Assembly (NCBI RefSeq): GCF_006345805.1
Contig: NC_043002.1
Coordinates: 67,084,001 to 67,148,000, forward strand
Direction: 5' to 3'
Length of the DNA: 64,000 bases
Source: Octopus sinensis
Taxonomy: Eukaryota
Below, piece after piece: positions 51,915 through 64,000 of this stretch. Below the pieces are notes generated by a model that was not told where the DNA came from, ran no database searches, and saw only the letters and a list, made by a program, of their open reading frames with translations. A program made the position numbers and the translations under genes. Position 1 is the first letter of the stretch. Every line of letters starts with the position of its first letter.

Positions 51915-52653
51915 TGTATGTATGATTGTGGGCCTAATGCATTTAGGGGCAGTTCAAAATTTTATGAGGTTTCTTTGATCAAAGGAAGTTGCAGTACTTG
52001 GACTGACAAAATACGATGAATAAATTGTTATATGCTTGAGGCTGGTAGTAAACAGGAAAATACTATCGTCCACAGACTGGATTAAAGGCGGGTTTAGAAG
52101 TTAATATGTCGTTTGAAGACATTTGTTGTTGGCAGAGAATAGCTATAAGAAAGAACACAAGTACACTTCTAAATTCATGTTAAACTGGGTAATTATACTG
52201 TGGGCAAGCAGTTATTTGATAAGATAAATTGATGCTAATCATTTGAGAACTCACTAGAAATACATACAATCAGTCTTTATAGAAATAAGGGAAAAGAAAT
52301 AAATGAGAGCAACACTAGACGGGATCCTGTCGATACGGAATTGTCTACAGAAGATCGATACCAATTCGTTTATAGAGATTAATAGTGGTGATAAACAAGT
52401 GTGGGTCGATTAAAAATCACTGGTTCACTACATTTTTGTTGGCGAGAGTAAGAATGATTTTTTATTCGAAATACCAGCCTTTATATTTTTACCTGTTTTT
52501 CTCTACGATATACTACGCCAAAAAACACACCGATACACAGGCTCGTAATGTCCCCTCTTAGCTGTGCGCGCACACAAGTTTTACAATTAGCGCACAAAGG
52601 AAAACACAAGACTCCTTTTTATTCAGATAATTATCAAGCAATTCTCCTCGCCT

Positions 52654-53318
52654 GGAGAATTGCTAGAAAATATGAGATGTATAGTGAAAACAAACTGGAC
52701 GATAGTACCCTGTCACCAGCGCCAGATTCAGGACAAATGAGGCCCTGTGATGGTTAAGTTACGAGGCCCCTTATTTAGACAGTCAGACATATATGCTCAG
52801 AAAATCCATAGTAATAAAATTTTTGGGTAGGAAGATGCCCTCCTCACTGGTCGCCAGGAGAACTGTTAGAAAATATGAGATGTATAGTGAAAACGAACTG
52901 GACGATAGTACCCTGTCACCAGCGCCGGATTTAGGACAAATGAGGCCCTGTGATGGTTAAGTTATGAGGCCCCTTATTTGGACAGTCAGACATATATGCT
53001 CAGGAAATTCGTTGTAAGAAAATTTTGAGGCAGAAATATGCCCTCCCCACTGGTCGCCAGGAGAATTGCTAGAAAATATGAGATGTATAGTGAAAATAAA
53101 CTGCACGATAGTACCATGTCACCAGCACAAAATTTAGGACAAATGAGGCCCTGTGATGGTTAAGTTACGAAGTCCCTTACTTGGACAGTCAGACATATAT
53201 GCTCAGGAAATTCATTGTAAAAACATTTTGGGGCAGGAAGATGCTCTCCCCACTGGTCAACGGGACCCTGTGCTTAAGCATACCTAAGCACAATGGTAAA
53301 TCGGGCACTGCCTGTCAC
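52654..53318. mobile_element. 188-bp hAT-type MITE (53123-53310) whose left junction is triplicated in 203-bp units
   Basis: TIRs CAGCGCCGGATTTA / CAGTGCCCGATTTA; exact 8-bp TSD CCTGTCAC (52709-16 and 53311-18); units start at 52654, 52857 and 53060. Confidence 0.85.
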
Positions 53319-53423
53319 CTAGTGAACGTTTTGTCACCAACAACATAACACATTGTACTGGATTACATAGTATCACTCAAACCGACTTGACACATGCATG
53401 AACATCATACACGCGCGCGCGCA

Positions 53424-53467
<44 letters not shown>

Positions 53468-53829
53468 TCTCACTAACATACAAACCCAAAGAATCCAGCA
53501 AGAAGGTTACATTAAAAAGTAATAATCGAAAATACCTGAACGCTACATTAACATATTTCAATTTCTAGAGAAGACGCTATGAGGTCAAATGCTAAGGTTA
53601 AGAAATGCCCCAAAGAAAAGTGTCTAGGTTACTGGGTACAATCTCATTATAATAAAAAAAAGCAACAAAAACTGCCGACATAATTATTTCGTGTAACCAA
53701 CATTACATTAACGAATTCGTGTGTGTGTGTGTGTGCTCGTGTGTCGTGCGCATGACTAATAAACATCCTTGTTCTGTTCTCGCCTTCCTGCGAAATGCAT
53801 GACACACTATCGCCATCGTTATCACTATT

Positions 53830-54200
53830 AACAGCAACGCCATTATGGCAATCATAAATGTACCTACTACTACTACTACTACTACTACTACTGCAGCAGC
53901 AGTAGCAGCAGTCGTCGCCATCATTATCATTGTCATCGTCGTCGTAATCAATATCATCATGACCAATACAATCATCATTATCATCACCCTCATAATCGTC
54001 GTCGTTGTCGCCGTTGTCGTCATCAACATCATTACCAACACAACCATCATAATCATCATTATCATCATCATTATCACCATCATCAAAATTTCTACCACAG
54101 CCATTATTAGTGTTACCGTGATAATCAACAGAAAAAAGAAACTAACCCATCACCACTTCGATTACCATTCTTGTCATCGATAAATATCAATCAGCCTCGT
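53830..54200. repeat. Degenerate trinucleotide (CAT/TAC/CGT)n tract
   Basis: Cryptic simple repeat; explains the poly-I/V/M ORFs. Confidence 0.85.
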
Positions 54201-54219
54201 AACTACCATAAATACCAAC

Positions 54220-54440
54220 AATCTTTTCTATTATAGGTACAAAGCCTGAAATTTGGCGGGAAGGAGGGACTAATCGATTTCATCGACACCAGTGTTTCAC
54301 TGGTACTAAATTTATCGATCCCGAAAGGATAAAAGACAGAGTCGACCTCGGCGGAATTTGAACCCAGAACGTACCGACGGGCGGAATACTGCTAAGCATA
54401 TCGTCCAGCGTGCTACCAATTCTGCCAGCCCGCCGCCTTC
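54220..54440 (-). mobile_element. SINE family A
   Basis: Body and head match. Confidence 0.85.
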
Positions 54441-54773
54441 CATAGATACCAGCAATGCCATCGATTTCTTTCTCATGGAGATCCAGTCTTCATAACCATG
54501 GTTTTTACCATCACTGTAGTGCCATAATGCCGTCTTCAGACACTACTAACCTCCATTACCCCAACAAGTACGGGCAGGCGTGGGTGTGCGGTAAAAGGCT
54601 TGCTTCCCAGCCACATGGTTCCGGGTTCAATCCTACTACGTGACACCTCGGGCTAGTGTCTTTTACTATAACATCGGGCCGACGAGAACCTCGTGGGTGG
54701 ATTCGGTAGACGGAAACTGAAAGAAACCCGTCGTGTGTATATATATATATATATAATATTATTTATTATTCAT

Positions 54774-54805
<32 letters not shown>

Positions 54806-54971
54806 TGTATGTATGTATGTATGTATGTATGTATGTACGTATGTATGTAGGTACAGGACGTCACCAACGGTGCAAATAACATGAAATATGTAAACAACGA
54901 GAAAAAATGGAAAACAGGATAAGTTAGGACAGAGAAAGGACTCTTCATCAGTTGTCGGCTGTCTATCTATT

Positions 54972-55801
54972 CATCGGTGTCCCAAAAGTCACTAGTCACT
55001 ATACCTATTTTCTTTTTTTACTATTTCGTTCCAGGTATCATTCGGAGAGACGTGGGGCCATCAGCATTTGACACCATAGACTTTGCAGTTTACCCTTGCC
55101 CATGGCACGCCAGTTGATGTTAGAGAAGCGTTGCAAAACTGCCGCCTAGAAAGAAGATTTTCAGTCCCCTATTGCAGTTCATCGCAAGTTTGAGAAGGTT
55201 TATGGCCATTACACTGCTCCAATGCGTAGCACATTTTATGCTATCCGTAGTAAGTTTCTCGGAAGAGGATCTGTTCTTGACAAACCACGCAGCGGAAGAC
55301 CTGGTACTACCACTACTGACGAAAACACCAAACTACTGAAGTAGGCGTTCGCGAAAAGCCAGAGGAAGTCCATCGAGAGGACTACACTGGAACTTAGAAA
55401 CTGATAAATCTCTAGCCGTACCGACTTCAGGTTATTCAAAGGTTTCACGCGGAAGATTATGATACTCGTGTGGAAATGTGTGAATCACTCCTCCACCTTT
55501 ACCAAAACGATTTTCAATTCTTAGAAAAGTTATGGTTCAGCGATGAGTCTACTTTCATCTCTCTGGTTGGGTAAACCGACACAATTGTCGAATTTGGAGA
55601 AAATCAAAACCAGTAGAAATACTCGAACATGAACGAGACTCTCTGAACCTGGTGGTATGGTGTGCTATGGGCAAGGGAATGATACACTTACAAAATCTGC
55701 GAAGTCTAAGGTGTCAAATGCTGATGGCCTTACGTCTCTCTGAATGATACCTGAAACGAAATAGAAAAAAGAAAGTGTTTAGTGACTTTATGGACACCCT
55801 G
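54972..55801 (+). mobile_element. Internally deleted Tc1/mariner-superfamily transposon
   Basis: TIRs ..GGTGTCCCAAAAGTCACTA / CAGGGTGTCCATAAAGTCACTA followed by TA; contains a transposase relic. Confidence 0.85.
55102..55685 (+). pseudogene. Tc1/mariner-type transposase pseudogene (HTH and first catalytic D only)
   Basis: GSVLDKPRSGRP, SQRKSIER, LWFSDES-F/LSGWVNRHNCRIW and LVVWCA motifs, with stops and frameshifts. Confidence 0.85.
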
Positions 55802-56279
55802 TATGTATTTGTGTGTCTGTGTTTGTCTTCCCACCATCACTTGACAACCGATGTTGGTGTGTTTACGTCCCCGAAACTTAGCGGTTCGGCACAAGATACC
55901 GATAGAATAAGTACTAGGTTTACAAATAATAAGTCCTGGGGTCGATTTGCCCGACTAAAGGCGGTGCTCCAGCATGACGGTAGTCAAATAACTGAAACAA
56001 GGTAAAGAATAAAAGAATATATATCTATGTGTGTGTGTGTGTGTGTGTTGTGTGTGTGTGCGCGCGCGCGTTTGTCCCCCCCCCCATACCCCGCTTGACA
56101 ACTGGTGGTGATTGTTTACGTCCACTAACTTAGCTATTGGGCAAAAAGAGACCTATAGAATATGTACACAATTGAAAAAAATGTACTGGTGCCAACTCAT
56201 TCAACTAAATATTCAAGGCAAGTGCTCCAGCATGGCCGCAGTCTAGTAACTGAAACAAGTAAAAAGATAAAATATAACC

Positions 56280-56960
56280 ATAATCCTAATCCTCAGTCAT
56301 CGCCATTATTAAGATAATTCTAAATCAAGTCTTTCCCCGCCCCAAAAGAAGGTACCATCACGACCACCGTCAGTACCATCTCCACTACAACCAACAAGAA
56401 TACCACGACTATCACCACCAATTACAACAATACAGTCAGCAAAACCATTAACGCCGCCACCACCACCACCAATAACAACAACATTAAAATCAACAACACC
56501 ATCACCATCATCATCACCACCATCACTACCACCACCATCATCATCACCACCATCACTACCACCACCACCACCATCACCACAACCACCACCATCACCACAA
56601 CCACCACCACCACCACAATCAACAACAGCTCCATCACCACTCCCATCTCCATAATCAACAACAAAACTACCTCAGTTACAGCATCATCATTATCACCCCC
56701 ACCACCTCTCACACCATTACGATCTTCAAAATCACTGCCCGACACCCCCGTCTTTCCTGTCACTCATCACAACGTCTAACACCTCCAGACACCAGCAGCA
56801 TCACCGTCGTCATCATCACCACAGCAGCAACTACTTGCATCCTTATTCTTCATCTTTGACACCAATATACCAAGATTCTCTTCCTGCCAGATCGTAAATA
56901 GACAAAGAACAACAACAACGACAACAACAACAAAAAAAAATCCCAAAATACCAAACAAAA
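56280..56960. repeat. (CAC/CAT/CAA)n degenerate trinucleotide tract
   Basis: Low-complexity sequence. Confidence 0.85.
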
Positions 56961-57139
56961 GCAATACAAAACACACTTTGTAAAAGAGGCAAACAAAAAT
57001 GAGAAAAGGAGAAATGAAATGATAAAAAAATTACAAAGCAAAAAAAAAAATCACAAGAGAAAATGTGAGAAAAGTTCGTAGTCGACAAAGACGCTGATTA
57101 ATCTTTAATGTATTCGCGTTTGAGGACATGCACTCAGGG

Positions 57140-57424
57140 ACGCTAGTGTCATGTGTGTGTGTGTCTGTGTGTATATATATATATGAGTGTGTGTGTGTAT
57201 GTATGTATGTATGTATGTGTGTGTGTGTAGCGTCATATAATATATATATATATATACACATGTATATATTAATGTATATGTACATATATTTATGTGTGAG
57301 TATTAATAATATATATATATAATATATATATTATATACACATGTATATATTAATGTATATGTACATATATTTATGTGTGAGTATATAATATATATATAAT
57401 ATATTATATATACATATATAATAC

Positions 57425-57459
<35 letters not shown>

Positions 57460-57804
57460 CATATGTATATATTTATGCATATGTACATATATTTATGTGT
57501 GAGTATATAATATATATATATATATATACGTATACATATATATAGGAGACCAAATGTGTACTACGCCGATATATATATATATATATATATAAATAACAAA
57601 CAAAATGGAACAAGAACGTAACAGGCAACAACAAAACATGAGGACAGTTAGACGATACAAAAAAAAAGACAGGAAAAAACAAGGACAGGTCATTCGGAAC
57701 TTTCTTTCGTCATTCGAGTACCAGATCGTCGTTGCGGTTTCGACCGGTTATATACATACACACACACACACACACACACACCACACACACACACACACAC
57801 ACAC

Positions 57805-57844
<40 letters not shown>

Positions 57845-58080
57845 CTCGTATATATGTATGTATATATGTATATATGTATATATATCTCGTTATATATATG
57901 TATATGTATGCATATATGTTTGTGTGTATACGTGTATGCATATATATGTCTGTGTGTGTATACGTGTATATATATATATATGTGTACATGTGTGTGCGTG
58001 CGTGCATGCATGCATGTGTGCATGCGTGCGTGCGTGCATACGTACATACATACATACATACATACATACATACATAGAGT
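57140..58080. repeat. Compound microsatellite field with a reiterated block of about 50 bp
   Basis: CATGTATATATT..ATGTATATGTACATATATTTATGTGTGAGTAT near 57255, 57335 and 57460. Confidence 0.85.
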
Positions 58081-58999
58081 GGCGCAGCAACGAAATTTGC
58101 TTAGGTGGTGCAAACTCTGGTCCAAAATTTTTTACAAACAAGGCCTATTTTATTTTGTTGAATCTTAATATCAAAACAAACACAGATGTAATATTTTTTT
58201 TATTAATCTACAGGGAAAACTAATGCTTCAAATCACTCCATAAGTTCTGTGCTCACTCGTTTTGGCGACGAAGTCTTCATTGCACAAGCGTTTACGTACA
58301 TGCATTATTGCATTGTGTGTCAAGCGATATTGCAGCATAACTTTGAGCCCAGCTCAATGTTTTGGCAATAAAAACATCCAGAATAGCCTTAGTTAGTATC
58401 TCCAAAGTGTAGCCAGGAGAAAACTTTCATGGACCTCCTAGTTTTCGGAAACATAGCAATAACTGATTCTTGTTCCCTGTCAGAGCAATCACATATAATT
58501 CCAATAAACATGGAATCTTCAAAATTTACAAAGATCCCTATGACATATGTTAGCTTTGATTTCAAAGACTCAACTAGTAACTCCTTTTATCTTTTACTAA
58601 GAACATTCCTCGATCCTTCAACAATGGAACTGCGAACTACTATTATCTTTCCCTAAAGACTTCCTTAATTCTCTGATCATAGACGTGCTAACCACTATTA
58701 TCTTTCACTAAGTATGTCCTTTAATTCTTCGATGAACTACTAATATCCTTTATTAAAGATATTCTTTAATTCTTTCTCTCCAAAGACGGAATAGTTGTCT
58801 TACATGGAAATCTTTGCTCAATGACATATGACCCACATGCTCAGCTATTCTAGAAAGAACTGTAAGAAATTTTACGTATTATTTTTTAATCAAATATTAA
58901 CTATAGCTACTCTGTAATTATGTTTGAATTATAAATTACATGCTCTAAAGTGATATTACATATTTTACTTGTTCACCTGACTTTCTACTTGGCCTTCCT

Positions 59000-59735
59000 A
59001 AAATTCAAGTTCATGAAGAGTGTTATTTATGTGTTTTGCCCTCTTTGAACCATATACAGATAATTGTATAATGGTGTGGGTGGAAATAGCTGTGGAAATG
59101 ATCTGAACATTGTGAGTCAAGTCTGTATTGGTGGTAAAGACCAGGACTGGATGGGTAATGAGTTGTTGCATGAGGAAGTCTTTTAGTAGTATTGAAAACA
59201 TCATTCATATCTCTCCTGTTCAGTTGTATAATTCCAGGATGGATATAACCCTCTGGCCAGCTGAAACTAGGAATATTAAAACTCCCTGCTAAAAGTACAC
59301 TGGCCTGTGGGCTAACCGTATTTAAGGTTTGGCTTATAAGCGACAAAGTACCTTTGAAGTGATCTCCGAGGTTAGCTGCATCAGGAAGACAGCAGATAAT
59401 GCCTGTGATCAAATTCAGGTCAATTACATGCATTATTAGTGTATCGTATGCTGTGTTGGAAAGGAAGAAGAGAACATTTGTTGCCAAGTCTTCTTAGATA
59501 AAGATCGCCATTTCTCCTTGTTTCCATATTCTACTGTCAGTTCCGAGTAGTACATAACCTGTTCTTTCGCATGCAATATGTCTGTGGTTAGGTGTGTTTC
59601 ACTTAGTACGATACATATTGTCTTTTCTCACTGTACGAGGTCTTTCTCGCTGTGCAAGGTCTCTAAGATATGATACTTTTGTTCGATTTGAAAGATCTTG
59701 TACATTCGGCATTATTATAGAGTTGAGTGTGTGGG
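59000..59735 (-). pseudogene. CR1/L2-clade LINE APE endonuclease relic
   Basis: In-order motifs NVQDLSNR, IVLSETHL, GYVLLGTD...GEMAIFI, LLAGSFNIPSFSW and MQQLITHP-LVFT, across frameshifts. Confidence 0.75.
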
Positions 59736-60009
59736 TTAGAGACAGCAATGGTATGGTTGTGCTTTAGGGTAATAGCAGTGGTTGGATTTTTTTTGGGTGG
59801 GAGGAAGAGGTCTAATTGTTATAGTTCATTCTCTTTTTTTTTCTAAGCCTGGGAAAGGTAAGTAAGGGATGCAATATTGAATTTGGCACTCACACAAAAT
59901 TTTAAGGAGTGCAAGTGCAACCTCTGTTTCCGAGCCCTTGTATACATATATACATCCATACAATTTCACATACATGTATAAGTATTCTATGAAGTTTACA
60001 TAAAAATGA

Positions 60010-60023
60010 TCGTGTGTGTGTGT

Positions 60024-60091
<68 letters not shown>

Positions 60092-60460
60092 TTTATAATA
60101 CATATTATACATATTATAGATATATATATATATATACATATTTATATATACATATATATATATATAAATCTATATATATATATACATATACATACATATA
60201 TTATATATTACATATACATACATATATATATATACATATAATATATATATACATATACATACATATATATATATTACATATACAATATATACATGCATAT
60301 ACATACATATATATATATATACATATACATATATATACATGCATATACATACATATATATATATATACATATACATACATATATATATATATACATATAC
60401 ATATATATACATGCATATACATACATATATATATATATACATATACATATATATACATGC

Positions 60461-60491
<31 letters not shown>

Positions 60492-60913
60492 CATACATAT
60501 ATATATATACACACATACATACATATATATATATACACACATACATACATATATATATATATACATATACATATATATACATGCATATACATACATATAT
60601 ATATATATACATATACATATATATACATGCATATACATACATATATACATACATATATATATATACACACATATATATATATATACACACATATATATAT
60701 AATACACACATATATATACATATATATATATACATGCATGTACATACATATATATACATACATATACATACATACATGTACATACATACATATATGTAAA
60801 TATATACATACATATACATACAAACATGTACATACATACATATATGTAAATATATACATACATATATATATAAACATATATTATATATATATATGCATAT
60901 ATATATGCATATA

Positions 60914-60947
<34 letters not shown>

Positions 60948-61296
60948 CATACATACATGTACATACATACATATATGTAAATATATACATACATATATAT
61001 ATAAACATATATGTATATATATGCATATATATATATATAAACATATATGTATATATATGCATATATATATTATATAAACATATATGTATATATATGCATA
61101 TATATATATATAAACATATATGTATATATATGCATATATATATATATAAACATATATGTATATATATGCTATATATATATATAAACATATATATATATAT
61201 GCATATATATATGTATATATATGCATATATATATGCATATATATATGCATATATTATGTATATATATGCATATATATATGCATATATATATATATA

Positions 61297-61328
<32 letters not shown>

Positions 61329-61506
61329 CATACATATATACATATATACATATACATACATACATACATATATACATATATACATACATATATACATACA
61401 TAATAAATATATAATACATATATATACTATATACTATATACATCACATACATATATACATACATACAACATATATACATATATATACATACATACATATG
61501 TTATAC

Positions 61507-61542
<36 letters not shown>

Positions 61543-61560
61543 CACACATATATATTCATA
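60010..61560. repeat. 1.5-kb TA/TACA microsatellite field with higher-order units
   Basis: Repeated blocks such as ATAAACATATATGTATATATATGCAT at 60980-61200. Confidence 0.95.
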
Positions 61561-62119
61561 GAGAGAGTCACCGAGAGAGCGTAGCCTGTATACGCATATC
61601 ATTATGTATATACATTTGCGTGCGTGTATGTGTGTGTGCGCATGTATATTTTTATGTGTGGGGGTGTGTATATGTATTATAAGTGTTCTTGGTTTTTGCT
61701 TCTTGTTTTTTTTTTCTTTATATTTTAGTTATTGCCACTTTAAATCCATTGAAGTATATCGGTCAGTGTTAATTTGTGAGGGCGAAAAGTCATGGGAAAA
61801 TGAAATGAAGAGAAAACGCTGTTTTCAAAGAAATTTCATGTGTAACAAATAAAGAAACTTGTTGACCTTTACTAAACCTGGGTCACGACTTACCAACGTT
61901 TCGTTTTTGTTATTCTGCAATATAACACACACACACACACACGCGCATGACAGCACACGTACTCACACAAAAAGACATGTATACACATACAGACGAGCAC
62001 AGGCACATATATATTCATAAATACATAGAAATATACATATACGTACGCTTGTGTGCTTGAGTGTTTGTGCGCGCGTGTGTGCGTACATCTAATCAGATAT
62101 GTCTGTATACATATATATA

Positions 62120-62395
62120 CTCTTTTACTTGTTTCAGTCACGTGACAGTGGCTATGTTGGAGCACCACCTTTAGTCAAGTAAATTTTTCTTTGTAAATTA
62201 TTCTCTGTAAGCCTAGTACTTATTCTATCGGTCTCTTTTGCCGAACCGCTAAATTACGGGGACGTAAACACACCAGCATCGGTAGTCAAGCTATGTTAGG
62301 GGGGGGGGGGCAAACACAGACACAAACATATACACACGCATACATATGTATATATATATATATATACATATATACGACGGGCTTCATTCAGTTAT
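62120..62395 (-). mobile_element. SINE family B, 3' half
   Basis: Tail and body to the microsatellite. Confidence 0.8.
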
Positions 62396-63816
62396 GGTTA
62401 TATTTTCTAAAACTCTTAGTTTCAACAGCACATGCACGTGAAATTTATTTTATAAAATAATGAAACAAACGGTTTCTGATGTATACAAATATAAAACCAA
62501 ATTACCGGCGCTTTTTCCCCCCACTTAAAATGTAATTCAACTGTAGGAAATAGAAGACATCATAAAGGAATATAAGTCCGAGAGCTAACGATGTTAGCAT
62601 ACGCGCTAACGCTCAGGCACGCACTCACGGATGCTCACACACACACACAAATTTATTTTGGTACAATTTAGAAACTGTAATATTGTTTCAGTACAGTTAC
62701 CTCAGTAGGAATGAATGTTTCAGATGTTACTAGGCCGAAAAACTATACGCACACACACACACACACACACACACTGTGTTTAATTTCCAGCATTACAATG
62801 GAAACCTTGTCTCTTTAAGGTTTGGCCCCGTGTAAAAGGTTGAATTCTATTCTTGTACAAAATCTCTTTGCTCGTGTTCTAAGAATATCGCAAACTTATT
62901 TGCAAGAATAATAGACATGACTCATATGGGACCTGAAATTCTCTTTTTTGCATTCATCTGGGTTCTTTTGGGGCTTCTTATGTGTGTCTTAAATTAACGA
63001 TTCGTTTTCTTAACAACATTTAAAAATATATTTGAAAATTACGCAATAACCAGATTGTTAATTTATTTTCAATTTATCCAGTATCCTAATATTCCAAATA
63101 AACTTGCAATTTCAATCTTGGATTTCGTCAGGATAATTTTGAATTTTAACTTGAAGGATTATTATTATTGTGTATTTTGTTGTATTTCGGGAGGGTCGTT
63201 ATGCCAGCAATAAGCACACGCACTTACCTTTTTATGTATCATTCTTCATAAACACGCAATAGATAGGCTACTTAGTGTAGCATTTGTCCTAGGATAACAT
63301 CTCTTATGAACTTACTGTATTAAAAACACAATAAATATCAGAGAGACGAAAATCCGTTCCAGTAGCGGCTTGTGAGACTGTCAGATACATTTCGGCCTTG
63401 TGGCATCTTTTCAATGGCTCGTATTTGTAACCAGTCATATGCACCAACGGGAATTCTTCGTCTTTGGTTAAGGAAATAATTCGTCAGGGAGGAGAGGGCA
63501 ACTCCCATGATCCTGTATTTTTTCAGGCCTCATCCTCCAAGGGATTAAAATAGAAAGTTATCTATAAATCGATCTGGCCTAACGCTTGCAACAGGGCACG
63601 ATAGAGGCATCAAATGACCAGGTAGTATTTTAAATCGAGCGACGAATTAATCTCACTATACAAAAGGAGATTATAACAAACCTAGATGTAAGCAACAAAG
63701 GGGATTTTAGGTTCGATATGATCCGTATCTTTCTATATACTTATATATTCGTGTTATCCTTAGAACACGGTCAATGACATTCTATACAAGAATATATTGA
63801 TCCTTTCTTTTTGCAG

Positions 63817-63904
63817 AGATAAACTCCAAGAACCCAGAATGCAAAGTGCAGGAACAAATACTGCAAGAGAACCGCAGAGTTCCACCAGACTACCACCTCC
63901 TGGA
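63817..63904 (+). CDS. Candidate exon (DKLQEPRMQSAGTNTAREPQSSTRLPPPGL or INSKNPECKVQEQILQENRRVPPDYHLLD*)
   Basis: Strong acceptor CCTTTCTTTTTGCAG; two open frames; no good donor, and a SINE A fragment starts right after. Confidence 0.2.
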
Positions 63905-64000
63905 CTAGTACTTTATTTTATCGATCCCCTGAAAGATAAAAGACAAAGCTGCCCTCGGTGGGATTTGAACTCAGAGCGCAGTAAACCAGAACAAAGAGCG

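Larger units (their letters stand above)
54572..56015 (+). mobile_element. SINE family B split by nested insertions
   Basis: 5' half 54572 to about 54760; 3' half 55803-56015. Confidence 0.8.

Noticed and set aside
54935-54960. CTGATGAAGAG on the minus strand; also GGCC-CTTACT-GGCCGAAAC near 29890 and CTGACGAG near 3530
   Set aside because: Only half of the hammerhead core is present at each site.
53703-56763. Hydrophobic poly-V/I/M ORFs resembling membrane proteins
   Set aside because: They derive from trinucleotide low-complexity tracts.
58080-58370. Possible mariner transposase C-terminus on the minus strand
   Set aside because: Motif similarity is too degraded to support.
59848-59857. 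Possible 10-nt microexon AAG|CCTGGGAAAG|GTAAGT
   Set aside because: Uncommon AAG acceptor and too short to support without RNA data.
60016-61584. Long ORFs of 170-407 aa (also 28520-29432, 37268-37561, 41276-41664, 57605-58223)
   Set aside because: Translations of TA/CA/TATG microsatellites (I/Y/H/T or V/C/M runs); no coding signal.
63388-63420. GATGCC-ACAA-GGCCGAAA half-motif (minus strand) with a possible Penelope relic upstream
   Set aside because: No CUGANGA or stem I; the peptide resemblance is too weak.

Overview
AT-rich, repeat-saturated eukaryotic DNA with no long real ORF; almost all supplied ORFs are read-throughs of (TA)n/(CA)n/(TATG)n/(GA)n microsatellites. The SINE repertoire points to a cephalopod, most likely Octopus (my recognition of the families, not a database result). 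The window holds about 30 copies of three tRNA-headed SINE families. It also holds relics of a Penelope-like element (GIY-YIG), an L1/Tx1 LINE, CR1/L2 LINEs, a Tc1/mariner transposase, Helitron-like elements, several MITEs, local duplications and a 100-N gap. A few short plus-strand segments have good splice signals and may be exons of a long-intron gene (low confidence). The most interesting signal is a set of minimal type-I hammerhead ribozyme folds from at least five unrelated sequence families, three of them with a CCGANGA core. One sits in a Penelope 3' end that begins, 4 nt after the ORF stop codon, with a tRNA-like Pol III head; the same tRNA-head plus hammerhead module also occurs alone as a SINE-like solo copy. 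Most repeat boundaries are approximate (about +/-10 nt).
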